Positions 38,601 to 48,634 of a DNA stretch of 64,000 nt are shown in pieces. Source of the stretch: Podarcis bocagei (taxonomy: Eukaryota); the NCBI GenBank assembly GCA_964188305.1, contig OZ076895.1, one strand, 5' to 3'. The first letter of the stretch is position 1. Each line of letters starts with the position of its first letter. Below the pieces are notes generated by a model, which was not told the origin of the DNA, made no database searches, and saw nothing but the letters and a program-made list of their open reading frames with translations. A program made the position numbers and the translations under genes.

Positions 38601-41600
38601 GCCAAGGCCAAAATAAAGGGCCTTTCAGAAAGGGGTGGCTTTGTCTGTGTCAATGATATTGTTATGGTTAAAATAAGTTGGGGGTTTAAAAAAAAGAAAA
38701 TCACTTCTGCTTTTTTAGAAAGAAAAAAAAAACAGGTTTTGGACGGTTGCACCTGAGCCTTGAATGAGCAACTTGTTAAATTTTACTGAACCTTGCCCGC
38801 CCCCCTGAAATGCTGATCCTGGGACCCTCAAGGAGGCGCTGTGATCAATTTGCTAAGCACATGGCAGATAAAATTGCTCCCATCTGTGCTGATCTGGGTG
38901 CTGTTGTTGTGACAGAGCAGGAGATGGATGGGATCAGCGAGAGCGGATATCCTCCCGCTTGTTTTGCATGTCCATGGAAACAAGCCGCTTGAAGCAGCAA
39001 GGCTTATGACCTGCTTACTTGACTTTTGACCTTCGGAAGTTTTGAGATGAGAAAGATCAGGTCCCACATCAAAACACCGAGAAAAGCCCACTATCTAAAG
39101 CATCCAAGCAACTAAAATGGTCTCTGCCTGGTGCTGAAAATATATCAGGCTCTGCGTCAGGTGAGTCTCCCAAGGGAGGAAATTCCAAAGTCAACAGCCC
39201 CACAAAGAAAAAGGAACCAATAGATGGGCAAATCTGTGAAATTTGGCTTCTCTCAGTTTCTCATTTTTCCAATCTTAAGTTCCATCAGTCACACTTCTAT
39301 ATCAGTTTGTGATTTATTTTAATTTTTTTTGGTTAAAAAGCAAGTACTCATGAAAATTCACCAACATTTTAGTGCAAATTTCTCCTGATATACAGTTTTG
39401 TGTGCAATTTTGCCTAATAACCATATTTTTGCAAAACGATTTTCCTTTATATAATGCATTTTTATTGTTTTCACTAATATGTGAAATTTTTTGCACACTT
39501 TGTGCTTGTATTTTTATTTTTGTACACATTGCTTAGCTGGAGAACTGAACTGCAGAATTCAGAGGAGTGTGGATTTCAAAGGATGGCTGTATTTCAGTTC
39601 ACTTATTGTTTGGTAAAGGGCAAACGTGAGCCTCCATCCCCAATTGTACATCATCACTGGGCTCACTTCTTAAGGCAGGAGAATCCAAAGAAGAGCCAAT
39701 GAAAGCGATGGGAGCATCTGGATCTCCAGGCATTAGTGGACTATGACTTCCATCATCCTAACCATATGCAATCCTGTCTGGGGATGATGGGAGCAGAAAT
39801 TCAACAACATCTGGAGTGCTGTAGGTTCCCAATCCTTGGCCTTTCAGGAGGATCTGAATAGTCAGAAATTTATTTTTGCAGAGGATGCAGTTCTCAAGTT
39901 ACTCTTGTCTCAAGCTGTTTGGGGCTATAAGACTGCAATCCTAACTCATTTCACTAGGAATAAGATCAACTGAACAAAGTGGAGCTTAGCCTCTGAGTAA
40001 ATATGCAGAAGATTGTGCAGTAAGGTTAAACCAGCTCTCTGAATTGAGCCCAGAAAAATTCCAGTAGCCGGTACAACTGCTTTAAGAATGGAGTGATATG
40101 ATCCATACATCTGGTCCAAAGCAGTAACCCACCTGCCTTATTAACTACTAACTATAGCTTCTAAGGGACTCAGGTGGCTCTGTGGGTTAAACCACAGAGC
40201 TTAGGACTTGCCGATCAGAAGGTCAGCAGTTCAAATCCCCGTGACGGGGTGAGCTCCCATTGCTCGGTCCCTGCTCCTGCCAACCTAGCAGTTCGAAGGC
40301 ACGTCAAAGTGCAAGTAGATCAATAGGTATCGCTCTGGCAGGAAGGTAAACGGCGTTTCCGTGCACTGCTCTGGTTCGCCAGAAGTGGCTTAGTCATGCT
40401 GGCCACATGACCCGGAAGCTGTACGCCGGCTCCCTTGGCCAATAAAGCGAGATGAGCGTCGCAACCCCAGAGTCGGCCACGACTGGACCTAATGGTCAGG
40501 GGTCCCTTTACCTTTACCTATAGCCTCTAAAGGGACGCAGGTGGCGCTGTGGTGTAAACCACTGAGCCTTGGGCTTGCCGATCAGCAGGTTGGCGTTTCG
40601 AATCCCCACAACAGGGTGAGCTCCCGTTGTTTGGTCCGAGCTCCTGCCAACCTAGCAGTTCGAAAGCATGTCAAAGTGCAAGTAGATAAATAGGTACCAC
40701 CCAGGTGGGAAGGTAAACAGAGTTTCTGTGTGCTGCTCTGGTTTCGCCATATGACCCGGAAAAACTGCGGACAAATGCCTGCTCCCTTGGCCAGTAAAGC
40801 AAGATGAGCGCCGCAACCCCAGAGTCGTCCGTGACTGGACTTAACTGTCAGGGGTCCTTTACCTTTATAACTTCTAAACTGTCTTCAAGGGCAGCCCCAC
40901 ACACCAGATGTTGCAGAATGTTGCCAGAGATCTGCAGTGTGGGGTGGCATGGTTTACCACATGGGCAGGCATTTTTTTAAGCTAAAGAATTATAGTGAAG
41001 CATTCCTGAAGTTATGGTGCTCTCAGTGAGTTCAGTGTTAGGTCAGACCCTTGTTGCGATTTTCGCTTTTGCCTTGTCTCTCACCTTCTATAACCTGCAG
41101 ATTTTTAGCTGCTCTCAATAACACCATTGACACTTTCCCTTGCATGTACACACAGAGAAGAACTCCAGTCTGCACTCTGCCATGATCTCGTTCCTCCAGT
41201 GCCCCTGCCAAAAGCATATCCTGTATATTTGGCATACAATGTGTGTATTTTAATTTCATAATAAGAAATAATAATTCAGTGGCCAGCAATGGCCCTGTTT
41301 ACCCTGTTCTCATTTCAGGAAATGGTTTTGGTTGCAAAAGATACTTTTGTTTACTGCCAAATTGATTTATGGGATGGGAGTGCATTTGCAGGGAAGCACT
41401 GTAAAAAATAATAATTAAGTGAATTGTTCCCCAAGAGTAGACACCATGTGGTAACCAATTAAGTTCTGCTCAGAGCAGACCCATTGAAATTAATGGATGA
41501 AAATTAATTGTATTCAAAAAATTCAGTGGGTCTACTCAGAGTAGGGATAGTATTGCAAAGAACCCATTATGGTTCTTGACCTACCTGAAGTATTTGCTTC

Positions 41601-42308
41601 CTTTTGCTAGTCTCCTTTAAATTCCTTAGGGGGAGGGGGGCTGATACAACTTTGAAGGGGAAATTTGGGGCAAAACTATTTTAAAAACCAAAAGGATAAA
41701 GAGGCAACACTGCAAAATGAATTGGGAGGAAAGGCTCACCGTTGAGGCCAGGACAACCTCTTACGTCCTCCCCATTTTCTTTTATATTGTCTGTACTTAT
41801 AAAAATACTTTATAAAGCCACTTGTGATTTCACCCTCTTGTTTTTCATTCATTCTTCATCCCAAAATTAAATTACGAAGATACTGAACATGCCCAAATGA
41901 AAAAGCATTGCGTACTTACCTGGATCAATGCTAAATTTATCCAAGTGATCAGTCGTCATGTAAGTATTTGTAGTGTCATTAACATCAGGGTCAGAAACTT
42001 GACTTAGCACCGTTCCTACAGGTGTTGACTCATTCAGATTGACCGGGTTGAAAGTAAATATGAGGTCAGCTGTCATCCTTGAAACTGCTAAAATAGGGAG
42101 AAAGGTCAAAGGAAGAAAATCTACTTCTTTCTCTTTGATTTTTCAGATTTCAGGTTTGAACTACAGATACTGCTTACCAAGATCATTATCTGAGAAAGTA
42201 TTTCTTAAGTTCAAATTCTCTTAATATATTCACCTGCCTCTGTCATAGTCCAACCAACTCACCTGTACACATTAAAAGGGCAATAAGACTGTTTCTTGCT
42301 AATGCCAT
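12649..42308 (-). CDS. Cadherin-related family (CDHR3/CDHR4-like) gene; 17 coding exons visible; signal peptide + 7 EC repeats; 3' part (further EC/TM/cytoplasmic) not found in window
   Basis: Spliced by hand: 46+168+171+95+123+104+146+186+92+114+113+146+181+151+106+216+146 = 2304 nt, open frame, phases match at every junction. Cadherin motifs PE/xEN, DxD, LDYE/LDRE, DxNDxxP. Cys after the linker Pro and the DEDWPFNNLKY and VSDGGEP segments resemble the CDHR3/CDHR4 group. Orthology not established. Confidence 0.9.
13385..13910 (-). mobile_element. Degraded L2 LINE fragment
   Basis: NKLKLNPDKTEMLLV...LDGVTLPLKTQ..SLG, typical L2 RT C-terminal region, plus a 3' tail remnant. Confidence 0.8.
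14052..14267 (-). CDS. Cadherin exon 16 (TIRVIVKVTRTNE...VLENSSIGT...DEDWPFNNLKY...FYIEPDT)
   Basis: ccccctttcag acceptor, CAG|gtactg donor, phase 1 to 1. Confidence 0.92.
16032..16137 (-). CDS. Cadherin exon 15 (VGPQHLNCD...FKHILMIQVSDGGEPPQT)
   Basis: ttccctatag acceptor, C|gtaagt donor, VSDGGxP motif. Confidence 0.88.
16225..16463 (+). mobile_element. Old, internally deleted CR1 fragment
   Basis: Diverged match to CR1 RT (aacaaaatgaatttcaatagagagaaatgc...gaccacaagcttaacatga) joined to the CR1 3' end. Confidence 0.75.
17041..17191 (-). CDS. Cadherin exon 14, EC6 first half (IEVPETIAIGTPLYTLECGDRDG...KEIK)
   Basis: catttatag acceptor, AAA|gtatgt donor, PE and CxDxD motifs. Confidence 0.9.
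17558..18726. mobile_element. Palindromic MITE (TAGGGTGG TIR), split by an L2 insertion
   Basis: Left arm 17558-17662 plus 18510-18531 is the reverse complement of about 18607-18726; GTAGGGCA on both flanks. Confidence 0.75.
17663..18506 (-). mobile_element. Young 5'-truncated L2 LINE with (ATT)n tail
   Basis: 233-codon open frame ..VRSLGVILDSQLSM..ISRLDYCNALY..HITPVLRDLHWLPV..; microsatellite tail 17663-17697. Confidence 0.92.
19740..19854. mobile_element. Short MITE (TAGGGTTGCCATAT TIR)
   Basis: Terminal inverted repeat; related end at about 9160-9226. Confidence 0.65.
19926..20106 (-). CDS. Cadherin exon 13 (TGEITTTYRLDYED...RAFD...LQDVNDNPPFC)
   Basis: LDYE and DVNDNPP motifs, AT|gtaagt donor. 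Confidence 0.92.
20601..20985. mobile_element. Tc1/mariner (Tigger-like) MITE interrupted by a poly(A) retro-insertion
   Basis: TA|CAGTGGTACCTC...GAGGTAGCACTG|TA. Confidence 0.85.
21216..21408. mobile_element. Tc1/mariner-type MITE
   Basis: TA-flanked CAGT...ACTG, similar to the neighbouring MITE. Confidence 0.65.
21778..21923 (-). CDS. Cadherin exon 12, EC5 first half (NSSVIHITILEDLPFG...AVDRDIGD...FAIDS)
   Basis: ttctcccacag acceptor, G|gtaagg donor; 146 nt like exon 7. Confidence 0.9.
21972..22133 (+). mobile_element. L2 3' end with long (TAT)n tail
   Basis: Matches the 3' end of the L2 at 17663-17820; microsatellite 22078-22133. Confidence 0.8.
23482..23896. mobile_element. hAT-type MITE, longer member of the 6814 family
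   Basis: TIR CAATGCTTTT...AAAAGCACTG, 8-bp TSD GATCCACC. Confidence 0.88.
24821..25177 (-). mobile_element. Sauria SINE
   Basis: tRNA-like head GGGGCGCGGGTGGCACTGTGGGTTAAACC, (ACCTTT)n tail, TSD ATTATTAGGTATA. Confidence 0.92.
25273..25385 (-). CDS. Cadherin exon 11 (HFRMVVAAKE...CTGTITISIQNENDEAPVF)
   Basis: attttag acceptor, AG|gtaagc donor, NENDEAP linker. Confidence 0.9.
26240..26374. mobile_element. Small palindromic MITE (ACTACAACTCCCAT family)
   Basis: Arms are reverse complements; decayed relatives near 13190, 37705, 39710 and 45170. Confidence 0.75.
26577..26914. mobile_element. hAT-type MITE
   Basis: CAGGCATTCCCAAA...TTTGGGAACCATTG, 8-bp TSD CCTTATAC. Confidence 0.8.
27178..27291 (-). 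CDS. Cadherin exon 10 (FSIISS...YFALDSANGGIYR...LDYEADPK)
   Basis: Strong pyrimidine-tract acceptor, AAA|gtaatg donor, LDYE motif. Confidence 0.9.
30194..30446. mobile_element. Tc1/mariner MITE (CAGTGGTGCC TIR)
   Basis: TA TSD, internal TTCGTCTTGCGA repeats; same family as 36774-37136, opposite orientation. Confidence 0.88.
30678..31040 (+). mobile_element. Sauria SINE
   Basis: GGGACGCGGGTGGCGCTGTGGGT head, ACCTTTACCTTT tail, TSD ATATTAATATG. Confidence 0.92.
31326..31372. repeat. 15-bp tandem repeat (ATACCACTGAGGAGA) x3
   Basis: Direct inspection. Confidence 0.85.
31787..32194. repeat. Old AT-rich interspersed repeat, probably a MITE; related copies near 7750-7985, 39221-39640 and 57215-57472
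   Basis: Shared blocks such as GATGGGCAAAT, GAAAATTCACCA.CATTTT and TTTGTACAC. Confidence 0.6.
32430..32521 (-). CDS. Cadherin exon 9, EC4 start (ISVSVPETFP...VYTVLARDPDPGEEIE)
   Basis: ttattgcccag acceptor, GAA|gtatgt donor, PE and AxDxD motifs. Confidence 0.9.
33832..34017 (-). CDS. Cadherin exon 8 (RGTITVLEPLDS...EARDDG...VEDVNDQPVC...GT), followed by a GC donor
   Basis: caatcag acceptor; CAG|gcaagt donor at the position equivalent to the exon 3 donor; DVND linker. Confidence 0.88.
34438..34583 (-). CDS. Cadherin exon 7, EC3 first half (PLPSDSVNVTENVPVG...AVDRDE...FGLDQ)
   Basis: catttag acceptor, A|gtaagt donor, phase 2 to 1. Confidence 0.9.
35299..35402 (-). CDS. Cadherin exon 6 (KFLFLMRATD...CQGTLTVNIQDLNDEKPEF)
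   Basis: ttctcctag acceptor, GA|gtaaga donor, DxNDxxP linker. Confidence 0.9.
35551..35608. repeat. (TAT)n microsatellite
   Basis: Perfect trinucleotide run. Confidence 0.95.
36578..36700 (-). CDS. Cadherin exon 5 (FTVER...FFDLDLYTGVLRR...LDYDQGYH)
   Basis: ttttgcag acceptor, CAT|gtaata donor, phase 0 to 0, LDYD motif. Confidence 0.88.
36774..37136. mobile_element. Tc1/mariner MITE with internal AGCCGCTA tandem array
   Basis: TA|CAGTGGTGCC...GGCACCACTG|TA. Confidence 0.88.
37337..37431 (-). CDS. Cadherin exon 4, EC2 start (NVIVNENSPVFTSIYRMEAVDEDLVNGDHLT)
   Basis: ttcacag acceptor, ACG|gtacat donor, phase 1 to 0, ENxP and AxDxD motifs. Confidence 0.88.
38202..38372 (-). CDS. Cadherin exon 3, EC1 second half (SGIIKNKKVFNFE...IINIHDVPEKPNC...GT)
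   Basis: Open frame, donor CAG|gtgaga. Acceptor either aag (exon start 38372, gives IDPVSG) or cag (38366), both in frame. Confidence 0.85.
40165..40518 (+). mobile_element. Sauria SINE, first of a tandem pair
   Basis: Head and ACCTTT tail as in the other copies. Confidence 0.92.
40532..40866 (+). mobile_element. Sauria SINE, second of a tandem pair
   Basis: Head and tail; internal segment differs from the first copy. Confidence 0.9.
41920..42087 (-). CDS. Cadherin exon 2, EC1 first half (VSRMTADLIF...NLNESTPVGT...DPD...FSIDP)
   Basis: tag/cag NAGNAG acceptor, donor CCAG|gtaagt, cadherin xExxPxGT and DxD motifs. Confidence 0.88.
42263..42308 (-). CDS. Cadherin exon 1, signal peptide MALARNSLIALLMCT
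   Basis: gtcATGG start context, hydrophobic stretch, donor ACAG|gtgagt, phase 1 matches next exon. Confidence 0.8.
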
Positions 42309-45300
42309 GACGCACAGATTCTAACATCCAAGATCCATAAAACTAACAGCTCAGGGGAAAATGTATGTGCTGTTGCACTTGCGAGAAACTGAGTGCAGAT
42401 TAAGGAAGCAGCACTCCATAATCATGTTGTTACCAAGCACAAAAGATCAGCATTGTCTTGAGGGTGTGTTGCACGTTCCAAGTTCACATAAACGCTGATA
42501 ATGTTAAGTTTGCTTCTCTGCCAACTTTCCACAGGCAGGACAAACTCAACCCAAATCCCATTCAAAGTCGTGGAGGCCTTTAAATCAGCCACAGTTGCTA
42601 AGGGCCAAGCTACATGTTACACTAATGTAACATGTACTAATGTACTAATGTACTCAGGTTTGCCCGAGTACAAGACTTTTCTTTCAAAAACAGCCACCAT
42701 ATATGAGCCACCATCTCTAACACAGCAGAGGACAGAGAGATGGAGCTCTTGATCCTCCATGCCAATGTCACAATCCATTCCCTCCTGACCCTCTCCTACA
42801 TCGGCTATTGGAAAGAAAAATCTTGCACTGAAAGGCAAACTAGATGATTAATGTAGCGTGCAGTTTGGTCCTTAAAGTCTTAGGTCCCATCTGCACTATA
42901 CATTTAAAGCAGTATCATGCCACTTTAAATTGCCATTGCTTCCCCTGAAGAAGCTGGGAATTGTGGTTTGCTAAGCATGCTCAAAATTGTTGGCACACCC
43001 CTATTCCCTTCCTGGAGCTACAATTCCCAGAGCTCCCCAGAGCTATTTGATTTTCAGTTCAGAAAACATGTCTAGAGTCTAGTCTTCCAAGGCCTTATGT
43101 TAGCTTTGTTCCATATAATGGTTCCAGAATGGAGGAAATAACAGCAACACTCTGAGCCCAAGTGAATTGAACATTGAAACAGCAAAGCCAGTAGCTTGAA
43201 GGAAATATACCTCACAGCAGGGAAAAGACACCAAGGATCAGCAGCAAATGGACACCCTTGAAGCAAAACTAGAAAATTCTGAGCTGCAAACTGAGGCCTC
43301 AGAGCAGCTTAATGAAGATCTCAGAGCCAGCTTGAGCAAATGCGGCAGTCTATGAAGTACATCGTCGAGTCAAAATTAACATCATTGCCCATCTATAAAC
43401 AGGTGGGCCTCCTGAGAGGTTCTGAAAGACCACCATTTTCTAGAGAGACTACAGATTAATTCAACACACCTTAAGGTCAAAACTGGATCACCCCTTATTC
43501 CTTTGATGCTCACCTCTTTCTCCTGTTGTTTTCCCCGTTGTCTACCTTTGATTGTAAGCTCCTTGTGGGTGGGGACCTGCATATCCTGCCTTTGTAACCC
43601 TGTAAGGCGTTATGTATGGAATCAGATTCTTTTGTATTTACTAAGACCTTTTTGACGACTCAGCAGCTGGGATAATAAAAGGGAACTTGCCCATTACATC
43701 CAGGTGGCTGTTATCTTTTATGCACACAGGCATACTGTAATTATTATGAACTAATGGCTTATCAACTGAACATCTGCTGCAACGTGTAGAAGTCAAAAAT
43801 GTGAAAAAGCTATTAAACCATCAACTCATCTCCCAGCAAGGGAGGAGATCAGTTCCAGACAATGGATGAGATGCTCAATTAATGGGCTGGCAGTGGGATT
43901 TACAGACATAGAGAAGCACTGTTCATGGACTCTCTATCCTGTTGATGACCGAGTCTCAGTATTATCCAGGGATCAGTGTACGTTATTTGTTTTGTCATTC
44001 TGTTACTCCAGTCTCCTACTTCACCCAGACTTTCCTTATTTGTTTTGTTACCTGCAGAAGCTCCAGGTAACCATGTAAGTATAATGCCTAGATACAAAGG
44101 AATACATGACTCTCCCTCTCTCCCTCCCTCTGTGCTGGATCTAGTTTTGCAGGGATAAAGATACAAGAATTCATAAGCCTCATGTTAGAAGGCGATCTTC
44201 AAGAACTCACCTAGTCCATCCCCCAGATCAATGCAGGATCTGCTGTAGAGAATGCAAAAAACAGCATGCTTGGTAGTTAGCCATCCAATTGCTGCTTAAA
44301 TAGCTATAGTGAAGGAGTGTCTGCCAACTCCTGATACAGTCTCCCAGATATCCAATGCCTTTCGCCATTAGGAAATTTAGCCCAATGGTGCTTTCCTACT
44401 CTTTCCACCCGTTGGTCTTTGTCCTACCAGTCTTTTTCATTTTGTTGTGTGTCAGCACTTTCCATCAAGCAAGCTCAAATATAAACACATGAAGCTGTCT
44501 TCCATTGATTGTCAGGCCATTGGTCCTTCCCTTCTAGTTGGCCATGCTCTATGACCAAGGGCCTTTCTCAGGCCCACTACTAAGCATCTTTTTAATGACA
44601 CTGTGCCCAGGATTGAACCAAATTACCAAAGACACTGTTTTACCACAAAGCTATGGCCCATATCCAGACCATCAATTCAGGGCCAAACCAGGCATGTCCT
44701 CAGAAATGCACAAATTCATCTCCAAAAACTTAGCGTGTGTTTGCTTAAAAAAAGCAAAAAACAAAACAAAAACAAAACCTGAAGGAAATTTGGACCAGGC
44801 TTGTGGCAAAGGGGGTGGCAAGTTTAACCCTTTCCCCCCTGGCCAATTTCCTGACATAAATTAAGTCCCATCTAGATCTGTTCCTAGTTCCGCAGGGGGG
44901 GAAAAAACCAGGCAGGCATCTGCATTGTCCCTTTATATACGGTATATATATATTTCTTCCATAGCTAATAGGAGGTCAGGGAGCAATTGTCTTGATTTGG
45001 GGCTGGGGCTGGAGCACAACCCTGATACCAATCAGCACGCCCAAAGTTGCACACATTAAAGGAGACAAAGACATCAGAGATGAATTCATGTATCTCAAAG
45101 GCCACAACTAGCTTTGTCCTCATAGGAGTTTAAAAAGCAAAATTATGCTGCCCATGTCATCTACTTCAGGGATGAAGAACCTGTGGCCCTCCAGAGGTTG
45201 CTGGACTCCTATCTCCCATCAATCCCAGCCACTAATAGCATTGGGTTGCCAGTGGAACTGGTAGGCCAGAAGACAGGGCACCAGAGCCACCCCCTGGCTA

Positions 45301-46081
45301 GTGGTAAGTAAGAAGGCAAACAGGTTGGGACTTGCTGGGGGAAGAATGAGGTTGGTGGGGCAGCTCTAACTGTCATCCGCTGCCAGCCAGCATGGACAGT
45401 GGACACGAATGATTGGAGCTGTGCTCCAACATCTGATCTACTGCCTGTGTTGCTTGTTGGAGCTCCAAAACCCAGCCACCATTTTAATTATATGCTCAGT
45501 ATCGAAGAAACAAGTGAAGGGCACCAGCAGCCAGCAGCAGATTTGGATAAAGGCACGGTGCAGTGGTGATAAGGAGAAAAGAGACAGTCTTGGCAGGCCA
45601 TCTGAGGAGCATCTTCTCTTTAGTGGTAAGCGGAGCTGGCTGAAGAAAACCCTATTAAAAGCAGATGTCCCATTATTTTGTGCAACTCCTCATGCCCCAA
45701 GTACTTCACTAGGAATTGTTCAAAAATGAACAATGAGCTCATTTTTGCTCATTGTTCATCCACACACTTGATTTGCATGGTTTAGATTTTGTTGTTTTGC
45801 ACGACCTTTGTCCAGGTGCATTGCCAAAGAATCAGCATCAAGATGTTCTAAAAGGAATGCAAAAGCAAAATAATAATATTTTTTTTGTAGGGACTTGTTT
45901 TAAATGGGCCTGGACAGAGCAGATGATTCTTTCAACCTTAGATACCTTCTAAATTTCACTTTCTTCAAGTATTGGCCCTTCCAAAAATTTCATGATGGAT
46001 TGGATTTAAGATCTGCCTACAAATATAATATAAAGGTGTGATACTGTGTAGACACAGGAAGCAGAGGGGTATGGTCTCTCT

Positions 46082-46850
46082 CAGTGGCGTAGCGTGGGGG
46101 GTGCCAAGGGTGCCGGCCGCACCGGGCGCAACATCTGGGGGGGCGCGAGTCCAGAGGGAAGGGACAAGTTCCTTCCTCCGCCGGGCTCCCCGCAGCCACC
46201 GCCAGCCTTGCGCCCTAGCGCGCGCGCCCCCCGCCGCCGCTGCGGCTGCGCTCCACTCACTGCTCGCAGGAGGAGCAGCCGCTGAAGCAGCGCCGACGCC
46301 GCCACCGACGCCTGGCCGGCACGGGCAGCCTCCGCACCCCGACGCGCCACCGGGCCTCGCCGCGCCCTGCGCTCCCCAAAAACCTCCGAGAGGAAGCCGA
46401 TGGGCGGGCGAGGCCCGGCTAAGCCTCTCGCCAGCGGGTTAAGAGGCTTTCGGTTTCGTCAGCAAGTTTGGCGGGCTTGCTCACGAGTAAATGAGTGGTG
46501 GATCATCCCCCTAAGGGTGTGTGTGTGTGCGCTAAAGAAAGGCTTCCGGTTTAAGTTCTTTGTTACGCTGAATGTTTATCTTTTAAAGATACATAGTAAT
46601 AATAAAAATAAATGAGAAAAACGAAAGGCGTTGGATTTTGCTGTGCATGGTGCCCTTTGGGAACTGCCAAGGTGGGTTTTGAAGCTACTGCTGCAGAGTG
46701 GTGTAGCGTGGGGGGTGCAGGGGGGCCCGGCCGCACCGGCCGCACTGGCCGCAACATCTGGGGGTTAGGGTTAGGGGCGCAAATCCACTGGTTAGGGGGC
46801 GCAAATTACTTGCCTTGCCCCGGGTGCTGACAACCCACGCTACGCCACTG
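46082..46850. mobile_element. CpG-rich non-autonomous hAT element
   Basis: TIR CAGTGGCGTAGCGTGGG...CCCACGCTACGCCACTG, 8-bp TSD GTCTCTCT. Confidence 0.9.
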
Positions 46851-47153
46851 GTCTCTCTTGCCACCTATATGACCTCTCCTGTCAGATTCTTGAATCTCGC
46901 TTTTACCTAGGCACCAGTGTGGGGCTCCCCTTGAGTATTTGGTGAAGAATATCAGCAGTAAGTGAGCATTTATGAAAGGAAGGGAAAGCTGTAAAATAGG
47001 ACTTAGAGTCCTGCATGGAATGGAGATACGGGGAGAATGGGGTGTGGTCCATTTTAGCACCAATGTGAATCTCCTGATGGACTCATAATTCTCATTTTTC
47101 CTCAATTGCAGTTGTGCAGCTGGTCTTGTCTGGTGAAGCAGACTGGCTCTGCG

Positions 47154-48634
47154 TGGCAGATGTGATCTCAGAACCACTGGGCAGTCATCTTTGAGAATTC
47201 CTGGAGAACAGGCGAAGTCCCGGCAGACTGGAGGAGGGCAAATGTTGTCCCTATTTTCAAAAAGGGGAAAAGAGAGGACGCAAATAATTACCGCCCAGTC
47301 AGTCTGACATCAATACCAGGGAACATTCTGGAGCAGATCATTAAGCAAACAGTCTGTGAGCACCTAGAAAGGAATGCTGTGATCACCAATAGTCAGCATG
47401 GATTTCTGAAAAATAAGTCATGTCAGACTAACCTGATCTCTTTTTTTGACAGAATTACAAGCCTGGTAGATGAAGGCAACGCAGTGGATGTAGCCTACCT
47501 TGATTTCAGCAAGGCATTTGACAAGGTGCCCCATGATATTCTTGTAAAGAAGCTGGTAAAATGCGGTCTTGACTATGCTACCACTCAGTGGATTTGTAAC
47601 TGGCTGACTGACCGTACCCAAAGGGTGCTCATCAATGGTTCCTCTTCATCCTGGAGAAGAGTGACTAGTGGGGTGCCACAGGGTTCTGTCTTGGGCTCGG
47701 TCTTATTCAACATCTTTATCAACGACTTGGATGATGGACTCAAGGGCATCCTGATCAAATTTGCAGATGACACCAAACTGGGAGGGGTGGCTAACACCCC
47801 AGAGGACAGGATCACACTTCAAAACGACCTTGACAGATTAGAGAACTGGGCCAAAACAAACAAGATGAACTTTAACAGGGAGAAATGTAAAGTATTGCAC
47901 TTGGGCAAAAAAATTGAGAGGCACAAATACAAGATGGGTGACACCTGGCTTGAGAGCAGTACATGTGAAAAGGATCTAGGAGTCTTAGTTGACCACAAAC
48001 TTGACATGAGCCAACAGTGTGACACGGCAGCTAAAAAAGCCAATGCAATTCTGGGCTGCATCAATAGGAGTATAGCATCTAGATCAAGGGAAGTAATAGT
48101 GCCACTGTATTCTGCTCTGGTCAGACCTCACCTGGAGTACTGTGTCCAGTTCTGGGCACCACAGTTCAAGAAGGACACTGACAAACTGGAACGTGTCCAG
48201 AGGAGGGCAACCAAAATGGTCAAAGGCCTGGAAACGATGCCTTATGAGGAACGGCTAAGGGAGCTGGGCATGTTTAGCCTGGAGAAGAGGAGGATAAGGG
48301 GTGATATGATAGCCATGTTCAAATATATAAAAGGATGTCACATAGAGGAGGGAGAAAGGTTGTTTTCTGCTGCTCCAGAGAAGCGGACACGGAACAATGG
48401 ATCCAAACTACAAGAAAGAAGATTCCACCTAAACATTAGGAAGAACTTCCTGACAGTAAGAGCTGTTCGACAGTGGAATTTGCTGCCAAGGAGTGTGGTG
48501 GAGTCTCCTACTTTGGAGGTCTTTAAGCAGAGGCTTGACAACCATATGTCAGGAGTGCTCTGATGGTGTTTCCTGCTTGGCAGGGGGTTGGACTCGATGG
48601 CCCTTGTGGTCTCTTCCAACTTTATGATTCTATG
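47154..48634 (+). mobile_element. Young 5'-truncated CR1 LINE, RT domain open
   Basis: [27 protein letters not shown] and KFADD motifs; frame open to 48563; ATTCTATG tail. Confidence 0.95.

Noticed and set aside
46017-46830. GC-rich ORFs / host CpG-island first exon
   Set aside because: The GC-rich core lies inside a TIR/TSD-bounded hAT element; low-complexity translations
47418-48619. Antisense ORFs repeated in the three CR1 copies
   Set aside because: Recurrence reflects copy identity and the RT codon pattern, not independent genes
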